Source: Cyanobacteria bacterium P01_F01_bin.150
GTDB lineage: Bacteria > Cyanobacteriota > Cyanobacteriia > CAKZMO01
Direction: 5' to 3'
NCBI GenBank assembly: GCA_039189765.1
Contig: JBCCYL010000003.1
Location: forward strand, 112,706 to 176,705
DNA length: 64,000 nucleotides
The position numbers and the translations under genes are program-made. Below the pieces are notes generated by a model, which was not told where the DNA came from, searched no databases, and was given only the letters and a program-made list of their open reading frames with translations. Shown here in pieces: positions 37,975 to 48,759 of this stretch (within the stretch, counting starts at the first letter, position 1; the number at the start of each line of letters is the position of its first letter).

Positions 37975-38961
37975 AAACTAAGTGCAAGAAATGCCAATAG
38001 GATGAACATGAAAGCGCACAAACGCTTTCAAAATAAACGTCTAAACACGCTACTCGTCTGGTGCAAGTAACTTAGCCGCTACGATCCCTTGGCTCAAAAA
38101 CAATTAATCTTCTTAAAAAGAGTTTAATCGCTTTCGCGCACTCAAACTATGGGAAGCATCTGCCTATCGTAATCAAGACAGGAGAACACAGCTGTCGCTT
38201 GCAACCGCATATCACAATGTACTTGCGTAAATATATTATCGCAAAAATGCATAATATATCTACACATTTAGAAAATTTATATTGAATTTATTGAGCTTAT
38301 TCACGCAGCTCTCTCTTCTGTATTTGTCTTCTAATGTAGATGATAATATGAAAGCCGCGAATGAGCTAGCATAATTTGACATGAAACGCAACAACATCAC
38401 TAGTTATAAGTTGTGCACATTCAATTTATGTCGTTAGGAAATCACCCTGAATGGGTTTCCAAAAACAACGAGTCTCGTCATGGGACCCATTGCTGTTAAA
38501 GTTAATCTAAATAAAAAGATGAAATCAGGCAGAATAAGAATCATTGTTCTCATATTTCACTTTTTGTACTTGTCTGTATCGTTTGCTTCAGTTTGATGTA
38601 AAGCGACTCAAGTTTTAAGGCTAGTAGTAAGAATATATTATTCTCGTTACTCACTTAAAAGGGATACTCGAAACGATCAATCCTGGGATTTAGCTGATGT
38701 ATTCAGCCCAGGATTTTATTGTGATGAGTTTTGCTTCAGGTCAAATAGATTATGAGGTTCAGAAATCTTTGAACTCGATAAATCTTATCTGGAGTCTATA
38801 TTTTGACGGGCTGAAATGGGTTTTACTTTAGTCGAAGTGAGACAAAGTCAACGATAGTGAGGACTCGACGTCCCCACTATTCATCCTAAAGTTGATAACC
38901 ATTGCGATAGTAATATGTTGTTCTAGGGATTTTAATAGGGTCCAAAACAGAAGTAAGGTAC

Positions 38962-39783
38962 GTGGACTTAACGCAAATATTTGAAACCACTCATCCCGTT
39001 ATTGGTGTTGTACATCTTCAACCTTTACCTTCCTCCCCCCGCTGGGGCGGTAGCTTTCAATCTGTGATTGATCGGGCTGAACAAGAAGCAACAGCGTTGG
39101 CCTCTGGTGGGGTCAACGGTATTGTTGTAGAAAATTTTTTTGATGCACCTTTTACCAAAAATCGTGTAGATCCTGCGGTGATTAGTTCTATGACATTAAT
39201 CATCAAGCGTTTGATGTCAATGGTCTCCGTTCCAGTTGGATTAAATGTGCTTCGCAATGATGCTCACAGTGCCTTGGCGATCGCCACCTGCACTGGAGCG
39301 CCTTTTATCCGAGTCAATGTCCTAACCGGGGCAATGGCTACGGACCAAGGCATCATCGAAGGACAAGCGCATTCAGTGATGCGGTACAGAAGAGAGCTAA
39401 ACAGTGATGTCAAGATTTTTGCAGATGTTTTAGTGAAGCATGCTTCTCCTTTAGGCAATCCAAGTCTGGAGACGGTTGTCAAAGACACGATTGAACGTGG
39501 ACTCGCTGATGGTGTGATTATTTCCGGTGGGGCGACAGGGCAAGCTCCCAGCACTAGCGACTTAAAAAGTGCAAGACTGGCTGCTGGAAATACGCCTGTT
39601 TTAATCGGAAGTGGCGCAACTTTGGATAATATTTCAGAGCTAATTCAGCATGCCCATGGAGCAATCGTATCTAGCTCCTTAAAGCGGAAAGGTAAGATTG
39701 ACCAGCCCATTGACCCAATTCGGGTCCGGCAGTTTGTGGAAGCGATGGAGCAGGGCGTATCCCGTAAACATCAACTATTATAG
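38962..39783 (+). CDS. btpA: Photosystem I biogenesis protein BtpA
   Basis: IGVVHL, VENFFDAPF, NVLRND and ADVLVKHA. Confidence 0.95.
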   Translation: MDLTQIFETTHPVIGVVHLQPLPSSPRWGGSFQSVIDRAEQEATALASGGVNGIVVENFFDAPFTKNRVDPAVISSMTLIIKRLMSMVSVPVGLNVLRNDAHSALAIATCTGAPFIRVNVLTGAMATDQGIIEGQAHSVMRYRRELNSDVKIFADVLVKHASPLGNPSLETVVKDTIERGLADGVIISGGATGQAPSTSDLKSARLAAGNTPVLIGSGATLDNISELIQHAHGAIVSSSLKRKGKIDQPIDPIRVRQFVEAMEQGVSRKHQLL

Positions 39784-39906
39784 TGATTGGGTTTCTCTTT
39801 GAGGCGAAACAATATCAAATGATGGTAGAGGCTTTTTGCGTCCCTACTGTTCGTCCAAAGTTGATACCCTAGCAAGTGGACTTTTGAAGACGCTTAGGTT
39901 AAACCC

Positions 39907-40833
39907 ATGAGACGCCGACGCCAACAATTGCCGTGGATTCAACGTAACTCTCGCTTTCTGCTGGGAGCGATCGCTTCGATTGGAGCGATTGGAACTGCTT
40001 ATCTTACTTACATTAAGCTATCTGGAGACAGTGCGGCTTGTCCCATTAGTGGATGTAATCAGGTGCTGTCTAGCCCCTACGCAACGGTCTTTGGTCTGCC
40101 ATTAACCTTATTTGGCTTCCTTGCCTATGCAAGCATGGTGACATTCGCTCTGGCTCCTCTGGCCGTAAAAGAAGAAGCTAACAAGGCTCTCCGCAGCAAG
40201 TTAGACAATATAAGTTGGCTGTTTCTCTTTATTGGAGCTTCAGCCATGACCGTATTCAGTGGTTACCTGATGTATATTCTAACCACTGAAATTCAGGCCG
40301 CTTGTATTTATTGCATTGGCTCTGCTGTGCTGAGTTTAAGCCTACTCACGATTACTTTGATAGGACGGGCCTGGGATGACTTCGGGCAGTTAGTCTTTAC
40401 CGGTTTTGTGGTCTTTATGGTCACCTTGGTGGGCACACTGGGAGTTTATTCAGGGATCACGTCTGCCGGAGAAGCTACAGGCGGCCAAGTAGTAGCAGAT
40501 AATGCACCTCCTCTGATCGCCACTACCTCAGGGCCATCAGAAATTGCATTGGCTCAACATCTTCAATCCATTGGGGCTAAAAAATTTGGAGCCTATTGGT
40601 GTCCCCACTGTCATGATCAGCAGGCTCTTTTTGGACAGGAAGCGTTTAGCTATATTGAATACGTAGAATGTGCCCCAGATGGATATGAAACTCAAACAGG
40701 TCTTTGTCAGTCAACAGGGATCACTGGATTTCCGACTTGGGAAATTAACGGAGAGCTGTATGATGGCGTTCAGCCTCTAACGGCGCTTGCCGATATTTCA
40801 GGCTATACCGGACCTCGCGATTTTCAGAACTGA
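39907..40833 (+). CDS. VKOR-thioredoxin fusion (DsbAB/LTO1-like)
   Basis: CxxxGC, CIYC in the membrane domain and C-terminal GAYWCPHC. Confidence 0.93.
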   Translation: MRRRRQQLPWIQRNSRFLLGAIASIGAIGTAYLTYIKLSGDSAACPISGCNQVLSSPYATVFGLPLTLFGFLAYASMVTFALAPLAVKEEANKALRSKLDNISWLFLFIGASAMTVFSGYLMYILTTEIQAACIYCIGSAVLSLSLLTITLIGRAWDDFGQLVFTGFVVFMVTLVGTLGVYSGITSAGEATGGQVVADNAPPLIATTSGPSEIALAQHLQSIGAKKFGAYWCPHCHDQQALFGQEAFSYIEYVECAPDGYETQTGLCQSTGITGFPTWEINGELYDGVQPLTALADISGYTGPRDFQN

Positions 40834-40914
40834 TCCTTGCTTAATAGTGTTGTATTTTTATGGGCGATCGCTTTTTTCGACCTCAGCGCTTGAGGTAGAG
40901 GAGCGATCGTTTTA

Positions 40915-41775
40915 TTGAGTCTGTCAGCTTTATTCCCTATTAGTATTGTTTACGCTCTTATGCCGTCGTTAGAACCATTGCCGCCAGATTCGTTACGAAC
41001 CCTTTTAGCATCGGTTGCCGCTGGGTCTGTAGATTTAGACACCGCCCTGATCAAACTGAAGCACTTTGGGGTAGAGTCAGTCGGCGATTTTGCCAAGATC
41101 GATCACCATCGTCGCTTCCGTACAGGTTTTCCTGAATTTATTTGGGGAGCGGGAAAAACCCCTGAGCAAATTGTCCAAATTATGGCGTCCATGCAGCAGA
41201 ACCATGCGGTAACTGAGCCGTCCTTACCTGTAGTTGCGACCTTAATTGAGCCAAACATATTTGAGCTAATCCAAGCCAAATTACCCGACGTAGTCTATTA
41301 TCCAATGGCTCGAATTTGTGCTATGGTGCCTGAACCGATCACACCCAAATATTTAGGAACCATCACAATCTTAACGGCTGGAACGTCTGACTTACCGGTA
41401 GCAGAAGAGGCTGCAGTCATCGCTGAATTATCTGGATTTAACGTTAAGCGGCTATGGGATGTGGGTGTTGCAGGGATTCAACGACTGCTTAATCATTTAC
41501 AAACCCTAGAAGATGCCGATGTCATTATTGTGGTAGCAGGAATGGAAGGGGCATTACCCAGTGTGGTGGGTGGTTTAGTCGATTGCCCCGTTATTGCCGT
41601 ACCCACAAGCGTGGGCTATGGAGCAAGCCTTAATGGTCTTGCACCGTTGCTAACAATGGTCAATTCCTGTGCGGCAGGGATTGGGGTTATGAATATCGAT
41701 AATGGATTTGGGGCAGCGATTTTAGCAGGCAAGATATTGATGATGGCTCAGAAATTACAACCCAAGAAACCCTAA
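40915..41775 (+). CDS. larB: LarB/CpmA family (AIR-carboxylase-like) protein
   Basis: AGTSDLPVAEEA, DVGVAG, AGMEGAL, PTSVGYG and NIDNGFGA. The start may be 40960. Confidence 0.88.
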   Translation: MSLSALFPISIVYALMPSLEPLPPDSLRTLLASVAAGSVDLDTALIKLKHFGVESVGDFAKIDHHRRFRTGFPEFIWGAGKTPEQIVQIMASMQQNHAVTEPSLPVVATLIEPNIFELIQAKLPDVVYYPMARICAMVPEPITPKYLGTITILTAGTSDLPVAEEAAVIAELSGFNVKRLWDVGVAGIQRLLNHLQTLEDADVIIVVAGMEGALPSVVGGLVDCPVIAVPTSVGYGASLNGLAPLLTMVNSCAAGIGVMNIDNGFGAAILAGKILMMAQKLQPKKP

Positions 41776-43208
41776 TTAAAGCTGGAGCGATCGCCATATC
41801 CTAAAATTCCTGATTGCTGGTCAAAGCCAGTACTCGCTTGATACGATTCGTGATGGCTGCGTTTGCGAAACTGATGGAGCTGACGCGATCGCAAGTCAGT
41901 TTCCAGGGCCTCCAATGCAACCACCTCCAGCTCTAAACTCTGGGATTGAGGAGTATTTAGGATAATCGCCTTGGCCTTCTGAAGTTTCACTTGGGCTGCA
42001 TCATAATCTTTGCGATCGGCCAAGGCCATTGCCTGGCGTTTTAGCCGTGCTGCCAACATTAGGGCGATGTTCTGCTCTACATCAGGATTACAACGAGAAC
42101 GTTCTATTTGTTGGGCAACCATCAACGGCAAAGTTAATGTCGTTTTAATAGCTTGGTGCCTGGATAACTGAGTCATTGCGCTGACGGGCTGCCAGTGGAG
42201 TCGAAATTGGCAAAGACGGGCCAAATAATCCAATCGGCGCTGGCGAGCCTGATTATTGCAAGTATCGCGGCCTGCAACATATTCAGCATATTCAGCCGTA
42301 TTTTTGGGATCGATCGCGGGAACTTTTAGGCGCATTACTAGATTAAACGTAAAGCCACTCACCAGATTCGGCAGCTTAAAGCGCCCCTGTCGGGTTAACT
42401 CTAAATCATTTAATACATCTTCTATTTCCACATCGCCTTGGGGCTGAATATCTAAGGTGACCTGTTGCCCAACTGTGGCAATCAACGCTAGCATCTCTCG
42501 CTCAAAGGCTTTGGGCAGTTGGCTAGGCGTATTGATGTAGTAATAATTTCCGTCCCCTTGGATGGCGATCGCTTCCAGGAGGTCTTCATTGTAGCGATTG
42601 CCCACCCCCACTGATGTCGTAGTAATGCCCACCTGCGCCATTTCCTGAACGTGAGAGATAATTGTGGACCGGTTCTTTACTCCTGCACTCACCCAACCAT
42701 CCGTCAGCAAGATAATTCGGTTGACCGTATCTGGATAGATATGACGGTTGATTTGCTCTCCCCCCTCTATCCAACCACCGTGAAGATTGGTCCATTTCCC
42801 CACTTTAATACCCTGGATAGTTTGAATAATTGAAACCGGATCATCTACAAACGTGCTAGGTACCAGAACTTGAGGGTGTCGATCAAAGGTAACAACACTG
42901 ACGCGATCGTGGGGAGAAAGATGCTGAACAATATGACGAGCAGCGGCTTTTGCAAACAACAGGCGCTGCTGAGAGGCCATGGAACTAGAGCGATCAATAA
43001 CAAGACTTAAATTTAGGCGATGATGCAAACGAACGACATCATCATCAACAATTGATCGCTCCCGAGCGGCTAACCGCTCTTCAGAAGCAGATGAGTATGG
43101 AGAAACAATCTCAGGTGGTACAACTCGAACTAACACATCGAGAATGCTTGACTGATGTGCTGGAATAGCTGCCCGAAGGGGGATAATATGCAGATTAGGT
43201 TGAAGCAT
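41772..43208 (-). CDS. vWA domain protein
   Basis: MIDAS motif DRSSSM, WTNLHGG and LLTDG. Confidence 0.9.
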   Translation of the reverse strand: MLQPNLHIIPLRAAIPAHQSSILDVLVRVVPPEIVSPYSSASEERLAARERSIVDDDVVRLHHRLNLSLVIDRSSSMASQQRLLFAKAAARHIVQHLSPHDRVSVVTFDRHPQVLVPSTFVDDPVSIIQTIQGIKVGKWTNLHGGWIEGGEQINRHIYPDTVNRIILLTDGWVSAGVKNRSTIISHVQEMAQVGITTTSVGVGNRYNEDLLEAIAIQGDGNYYYINTPSQLPKAFEREMLALIATVGQQVTLDIQPQGDVEIEDVLNDLELTRQGRFKLPNLVSGFTFNLVMRLKVPAIDPKNTAEYAEYVAGRDTCNNQARQRRLDYLARLCQFRLHWQPVSAMTQLSRHQAIKTTLTLPLMVAQQIERSRCNPDVEQNIALMLAARLKRQAMALADRKDYDAAQVKLQKAKAIILNTPQSQSLELEVVALEALETDLRSRQLHQFRKRSHHESYQASTGFDQQSGILGYGDRSSFN

Positions 43209-43524
43209 AATGATGAATCAACAGGGGAGGGCCTGTAGGCAGATTCTAACCTTCTTATCGCTTCGGTTAGTGATTTTCCTGCCCTCTTCATCAATCATTT
43301 GTAAAAGCGGAGTTCACTTTAATCCGAACAGAGATTAGCAAATATTGGAATCACTCCATACTGCCATAAAAAGATTGTCTCTGAAATGTACGACATACGG
43401 CTTAATCTGTGATTGTATTGGCATTTAATACATGTAAACCATTACAGACCTCAAATAAGGTGTTCAAAATTTGCCCAAAGTAGGGAACAATGGATTATCC
43501 CTCATTAATTGGGGGAGCGATTGG

Positions 43525-43558
43525 AAACCCCGGTCTTATAGACCGGGGTTTATTTTTT
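43525..43558. terminator. Perfect hairpin with a T-run (terminator, or IS200/IS605-end-like remnant)
   Basis: AAACCCCGGTCT-TAT-AGACCGGGGTTT followed by ATTTTTT. Confidence 0.5.
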
Positions 43559-43870
43559 AGGGTATTAACTTTAGGCGGATGATGTGGGCGATTCCGCCAA
43601 TATCATCGTTGAATCTTCCCGCATTAATGCAGATGAATTATTGTAGAGATAGTAAGAGTGACACTTCAAATCACCAACTCAGATTTAGCGATTAGATAGA
43701 TTCTGCTTTCGAAGAAACTGATGGGGGAGCTGATTCAATCGCGGCTGGATTAGCCATCGTCTGATACAATCAAGAGCTGGCAGGTTTGAACTATTGTTTA
43801 GTCTGAATCAAGATTCTCTGCAAGCGTATTTAGTGGAGAGTTTTAAGGACAAAGGACACCCCAAAATTAA

Positions 43871-44950
<1,080 letters not shown>

Positions 44951-45230
44951 GTTAGCCTTCTAGATTAATAGGCTAATAGATGATTTGCAAAGGCTCTGAT
45001 TTTTAAGGATACAGGGCCTTTAAGCATGAGGTTGGACTCTTTTTAATCAGCCACTGGATGCTTGTGGGAATAAGTCATAGTGGCGTCATGCTGTATCACT
45101 CACATAACGTCACTGTGATACAAAGGAAATCAGCGATCCCCAACAAAAACATCTGTGTAAACACAGACAATGAGCAGACACGCATCTTAATATCTATGCA
45201 CTGGCAACCAAAGCTTTGAGCTGCGATGGA

Positions 45231-46076
45231 TCACCTGAACCCAGAAATATCAGAAACATCTTTTATGATGGGAGAAACGTTCCTGACATATCTAACATAT
45301 CGTTTTGGGGCATGATGATAATAATCTTCAGAATAATCGGGAGATGAAGGATATTGAGGAAAATCATCATTGGATGGAAGCAAAGCTAATCGTGCCGGAA
45401 CATGGTGTGTACGGTGAATAGTTCTTGGGCGCTTCCTTGCCTGCACAATAAGAGCAATAATCAATAAAACCATAATCCCAACTAGCACAGCAATAACTAC
45501 TACCGCCACTGTGACGGTAATAATGATTGGTACTGAGTTCCACTGGGATCGATTAGTAACAATCTGCCCATCCTGTTGGCTTGCGGACTCACCCAATGAA
45601 GTAATAAGCCCTTGCTGATCCGCCATTAAAGTCTCAATTTGATCAGTTCGAGAACGCTGTTCCTCAAACAAACCAGCAATATCTCTAGTATTGGAGTGTT
45701 GCTCCTCAAACAAGCCAGCAATTTTGTTCGCGTTTTCTTGTTGCTCTTTTAAACCCGTCCCTTGCTCTTCTAGCTGTTCCACTAACCTTTGAGTAACAGC
45801 CTGTTGCTCATCCAGTCGACTGTAGAGATCCTCAGTCACCTCCTGCTGCTCTTCAAATTCTTCTAAAAACCGATCCCACTCACGATCATAAGCTCCTGGT
45901 AATGCCTGAGGATAGGGTGGTGAGATGCTCACAGATGATTGAGGGATACCCGATACCTGAGGCATAGGCTGCTGAACCGGCGGCGAGTCTGCCCTTTTCA
46001 GGTCGCCTCCGACAAATAGAACGATCGCGACTCCAACCGTAGCACAACCCGCGAAAAATGAAGCTGTTTCACTCAT
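45231..46076 (-). CDS. Membrane protein with a Gln/Glu coiled coil (PatN-like architecture)
   Basis: Hydrophobic N-terminus MSETASFFAGCATVG, a coiled coil and a long TM helix followed by basic residues. Confidence 0.5.
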   Translation of the reverse strand: MSETASFFAGCATVGVAIVLFVGGDLKRADSPPVQQPMPQVSGIPQSSVSISPPYPQALPGAYDREWDRFLEEFEEQQEVTEDLYSRLDEQQAVTQRLVEQLEEQGTGLKEQQENANKIAGLFEEQHSNTRDIAGLFEEQRSRTDQIETLMADQQGLITSLGESASQQDGQIVTNRSQWNSVPIIITVTVAVVVIAVLVGIMVLLIIALIVQARKRPRTIHRTHHVPARLALLPSNDDFPQYPSSPDYSEDYYHHAPKRYVRYVRNVSPIIKDVSDISGFR

Positions 46077-46525
46077 GCAAAACCAACCTTCACACCATAA
46101 ATGAGCCGATATTGAGCAGGATGCAGAATTAACATTTTGTTGATTGAACTAAACCTAGCTCTAAATCTTGAACGTGTTAAGGCATCTAATATAACATTGC
46201 GATCCAAGGTAACTGAAAATCAGCAGTCTGGCAAGAAGACTGACAGCCCCCTTTCAAGAAGACCCTAGAGGCATAATCTTGCTCTCAAGCTGTTTAGTTA
46301 AATTCGGATATATTTGACCCAAACTCCTCTGTTTCAAGGAGTAGAAGCAGAGGGGGCCTTCGGACATCGATATGCCAAGATTAGTGAATTTTGAATTTAT
46401 GTCAAATCTTTTGTTATATTTCGTACGAATTGTAGTTTGTATTTTTACCATAAAGATTAATGAGAGAGGGGATTGGCAAAAAGGTCAAGAAGGGTCTCAA
46501 CATTAACTCTGTAATCTTGGAGTAT

Positions 46526-48304
46526 TCAAGCTAACTTTATGGCTTCCAAGGTTTGGGTGAGTTGATCACTACAGCTCCGCAACAATTTCAGTTGATGCAC
46601 TTGAGGATTTTGATTAGATACATCCAGAGCGTCATCAGTGGGTGCCTCTGGCAAAGGAAAGTGAATCATCGGGTTGGCCGCAGTGACATATTCATCCAGC
46701 GCTTTGAGGCCAGCCACACTAGTCTGCCTCAGATAGGCTTGAACAGAGGCAAGATACCATGTACTGATCTGTTCGGCAGTCCATCCCGAGGAAGAGGAGC
46801 CGCTGTTAAAATCTGGCCCACCATCTAACTTTTCCAAAACGTAACTGGTTCCCCCTAAAAGGGCCGCACCAACCGGTCCACCCATTAGAAACCCTAATCC
46901 GCCTGCTACCATTGTCGGGACTTTTCCTTTTGTCAATGTATCTGCTACATCAGAAGAAAAAGAGCCAGATGAAGAGTCATTCGGGAATATATCAGGCAGG
47001 GTGGCATCAGGTGTTGGCGGCCAAGAAAGGCTCAGGGTAACGGGACGAGGACAATCAAAAAAATCACAGGCTTTATAAACCCAAGCCACAATATTAGCTT
47101 GATACTGCGCCCATACCGGTTCTAGCGCAAGTCGAACCCATGAGTCAAACTCCAGTCTTTGCAAGGCATCTGCGGCTTCCACTTGATACTCTTCTAGAAA
47201 GGCGATCGGCGATAGCCATTGACGTGCTTCATCAACACTATCTCTAAATCCCTTTTTAATAAGAGTTTGGGCTTTGTGAAGGATATCCAGCTTTTGGCGA
47301 TCGCGTTCTACTGTGGCCTGTTTGACGACAGTATCTAAAACTTGGATGTGGGCCTGAAGCGATCGCTGTACCTGAGGAACTAGTTTCAACACCCTTGGAA
47401 AACGATTTTCAATAACCTGATGGGGATGTTGTTGCATGTAGTGGGCCAACGTTTGAAGAGCTGTCTCAAATGTAGGTAGTCCTGTTGTTTGAACCGTTGC
47501 CCCGTCCCCTTTAAGCCGTGCCCGTAGTGCTGGTAATGCATCTACTCGATACAAATTACTGATGGTAGGCGGCAGATTAGCCCGAAAACTTTCAGCGACA
47601 AACCGAAGCCGACGGGTGACCTCCTGCTGATCATCTGGCTCCAGTAAATTGAGAAAATTCACCACAAAAATCACCTGGTCAATGCCCCGATCCAACAACC
47701 AATCCCGCAGTTGCTCCCGCTCCATCAAAGTCATCAGCCTACGCCCATCCAGCACCTGAACAACCACATCTGCCGTCAGCAAATATTCTCGCACTAGGGC
47801 ATCCTGAGCCTCTTGGTCATCAGTTCCTGGCAAATCCACAAACTCAAGCCCTGCTTTGAGCAATGGATGGGCACAGGTAACCGTCACCGATTTTACATCT
47901 CCTCTCATCTGGCGTTGATCATCCAGCACCGCAAACTGCTTCAGAATATCGGTGCCATTTTCTTGGGTAACGGTACCATCGTTGAGGCGAATAGTGGTCG
48001 TCAAAGTATCGCCATAGACCACCCGAATAGCCGCTCCAGTGGTCGGAATTAAGTCAATAGGCAGGGCCTTATGGCCCAAGAGCGCATTGAGGAGGGTGGA
48101 CTTACCGTAGTTAAAAGGGGCAAAGACCGTTACTCGCAGGGTGGAATTTTGGAGGCGATCGCTCACCAACTGTATCCGTTGGCGGACCTCAGCCGCACCT
48201 GGGTCCAAACTCGGATCAAGCACCCCTACAGCTGTCAACAGTGCTTGCATAACATCTTGTTGGGGAGAGGCGAGAGCTAATGCAAGATTGGGTTGACTGT
48301 CCAT
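46526..48304 (-). CDS. Bacterial dynamin-like GTPase
   Basis: APFNYGKST, PTT, DLPG and VVNF, plus a hydrophobic GG-rich paddle. Confidence 0.88.
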   Translation of the reverse strand: MDSQPNLALALASPQQDVMQALLTAVGVLDPSLDPGAAEVRQRIQLVSDRLQNSTLRVTVFAPFNYGKSTLLNALLGHKALPIDLIPTTGAAIRVVYGDTLTTTIRLNDGTVTQENGTDILKQFAVLDDQRQMRGDVKSVTVTCAHPLLKAGLEFVDLPGTDDQEAQDALVREYLLTADVVVQVLDGRRLMTLMEREQLRDWLLDRGIDQVIFVVNFLNLLEPDDQQEVTRRLRFVAESFRANLPPTISNLYRVDALPALRARLKGDGATVQTTGLPTFETALQTLAHYMQQHPHQVIENRFPRVLKLVPQVQRSLQAHIQVLDTVVKQATVERDRQKLDILHKAQTLIKKGFRDSVDEARQWLSPIAFLEEYQVEAADALQRLEFDSWVRLALEPVWAQYQANIVAWVYKACDFFDCPRPVTLSLSWPPTPDATLPDIFPNDSSSGSFSSDVADTLTKGKVPTMVAGGLGFLMGGPVGAALLGGTSYVLEKLDGGPDFNSGSSSSGWTAEQISTWYLASVQAYLRQTSVAGLKALDEYVTAANPMIHFPLPEAPTDDALDVSNQNPQVHQLKLLRSCSDQLTQTLEAIKLA

Positions 48305-48374
48305 TCTCCTGTCCTTAGTGATTTATGGGTCGATTTCTTTCTAAGATAGCAAGGGACATCTCGGGTAATCAGGT

Positions 48375-48743
48375 ATGGTCATTCATCTTTGTGTGGGATT
48401 TATTGCATTGGCAGTAGGGTTAGGAAGCTTTGGCCTATACATGGTGCCTTTCTTTTTTCCCGAGGTTTACCGAAAATATGATTTGATCTGGAGTGGAGTG
48501 GGAACGGCATATGCGATTGTCCTATGGCTCTGTATGGATCAAATAACAATACTCTTCCTTCTTAGTCAGCTTGCCATCGTTTTCCTATTGGGTCGCTTTG
48601 TTTGGCAAAATTTGGAATTACGACGGGCGATCACCCCAAATAACGAGAAAACTGCCTTCCCTGATGCTGGAGTAACCATAGCGGCAGTCATCCAGTTCAA
48701 GACAAGGCAGTTAATTCGGTATCTTAGCCAGGCAGATGCTTAA
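48375..48743 (+). CDS. ycf66: Ycf66-family membrane protein
   Basis: FFFPEVYRKYDLIWSGVG pattern and three TM helices. Confidence 0.65.
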   Translation: MVIHLCVGFIALAVGLGSFGLYMVPFFFPEVYRKYDLIWSGVGTAYAIVLWLCMDQITILFLLSQLAIVFLLGRFVWQNLELRRAITPNNEKTAFPDAGVTIAAVIQFKTRQLIRYLSQADA

Positions 48744-48759
48744 GACTTGGCACGAGGTA

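Noticed and set aside
41772..43208. vWA gene as the missing TerY of the PP2C/kinase pair
   Set aside because: It is 40 kb away and has a longer, different architecture.
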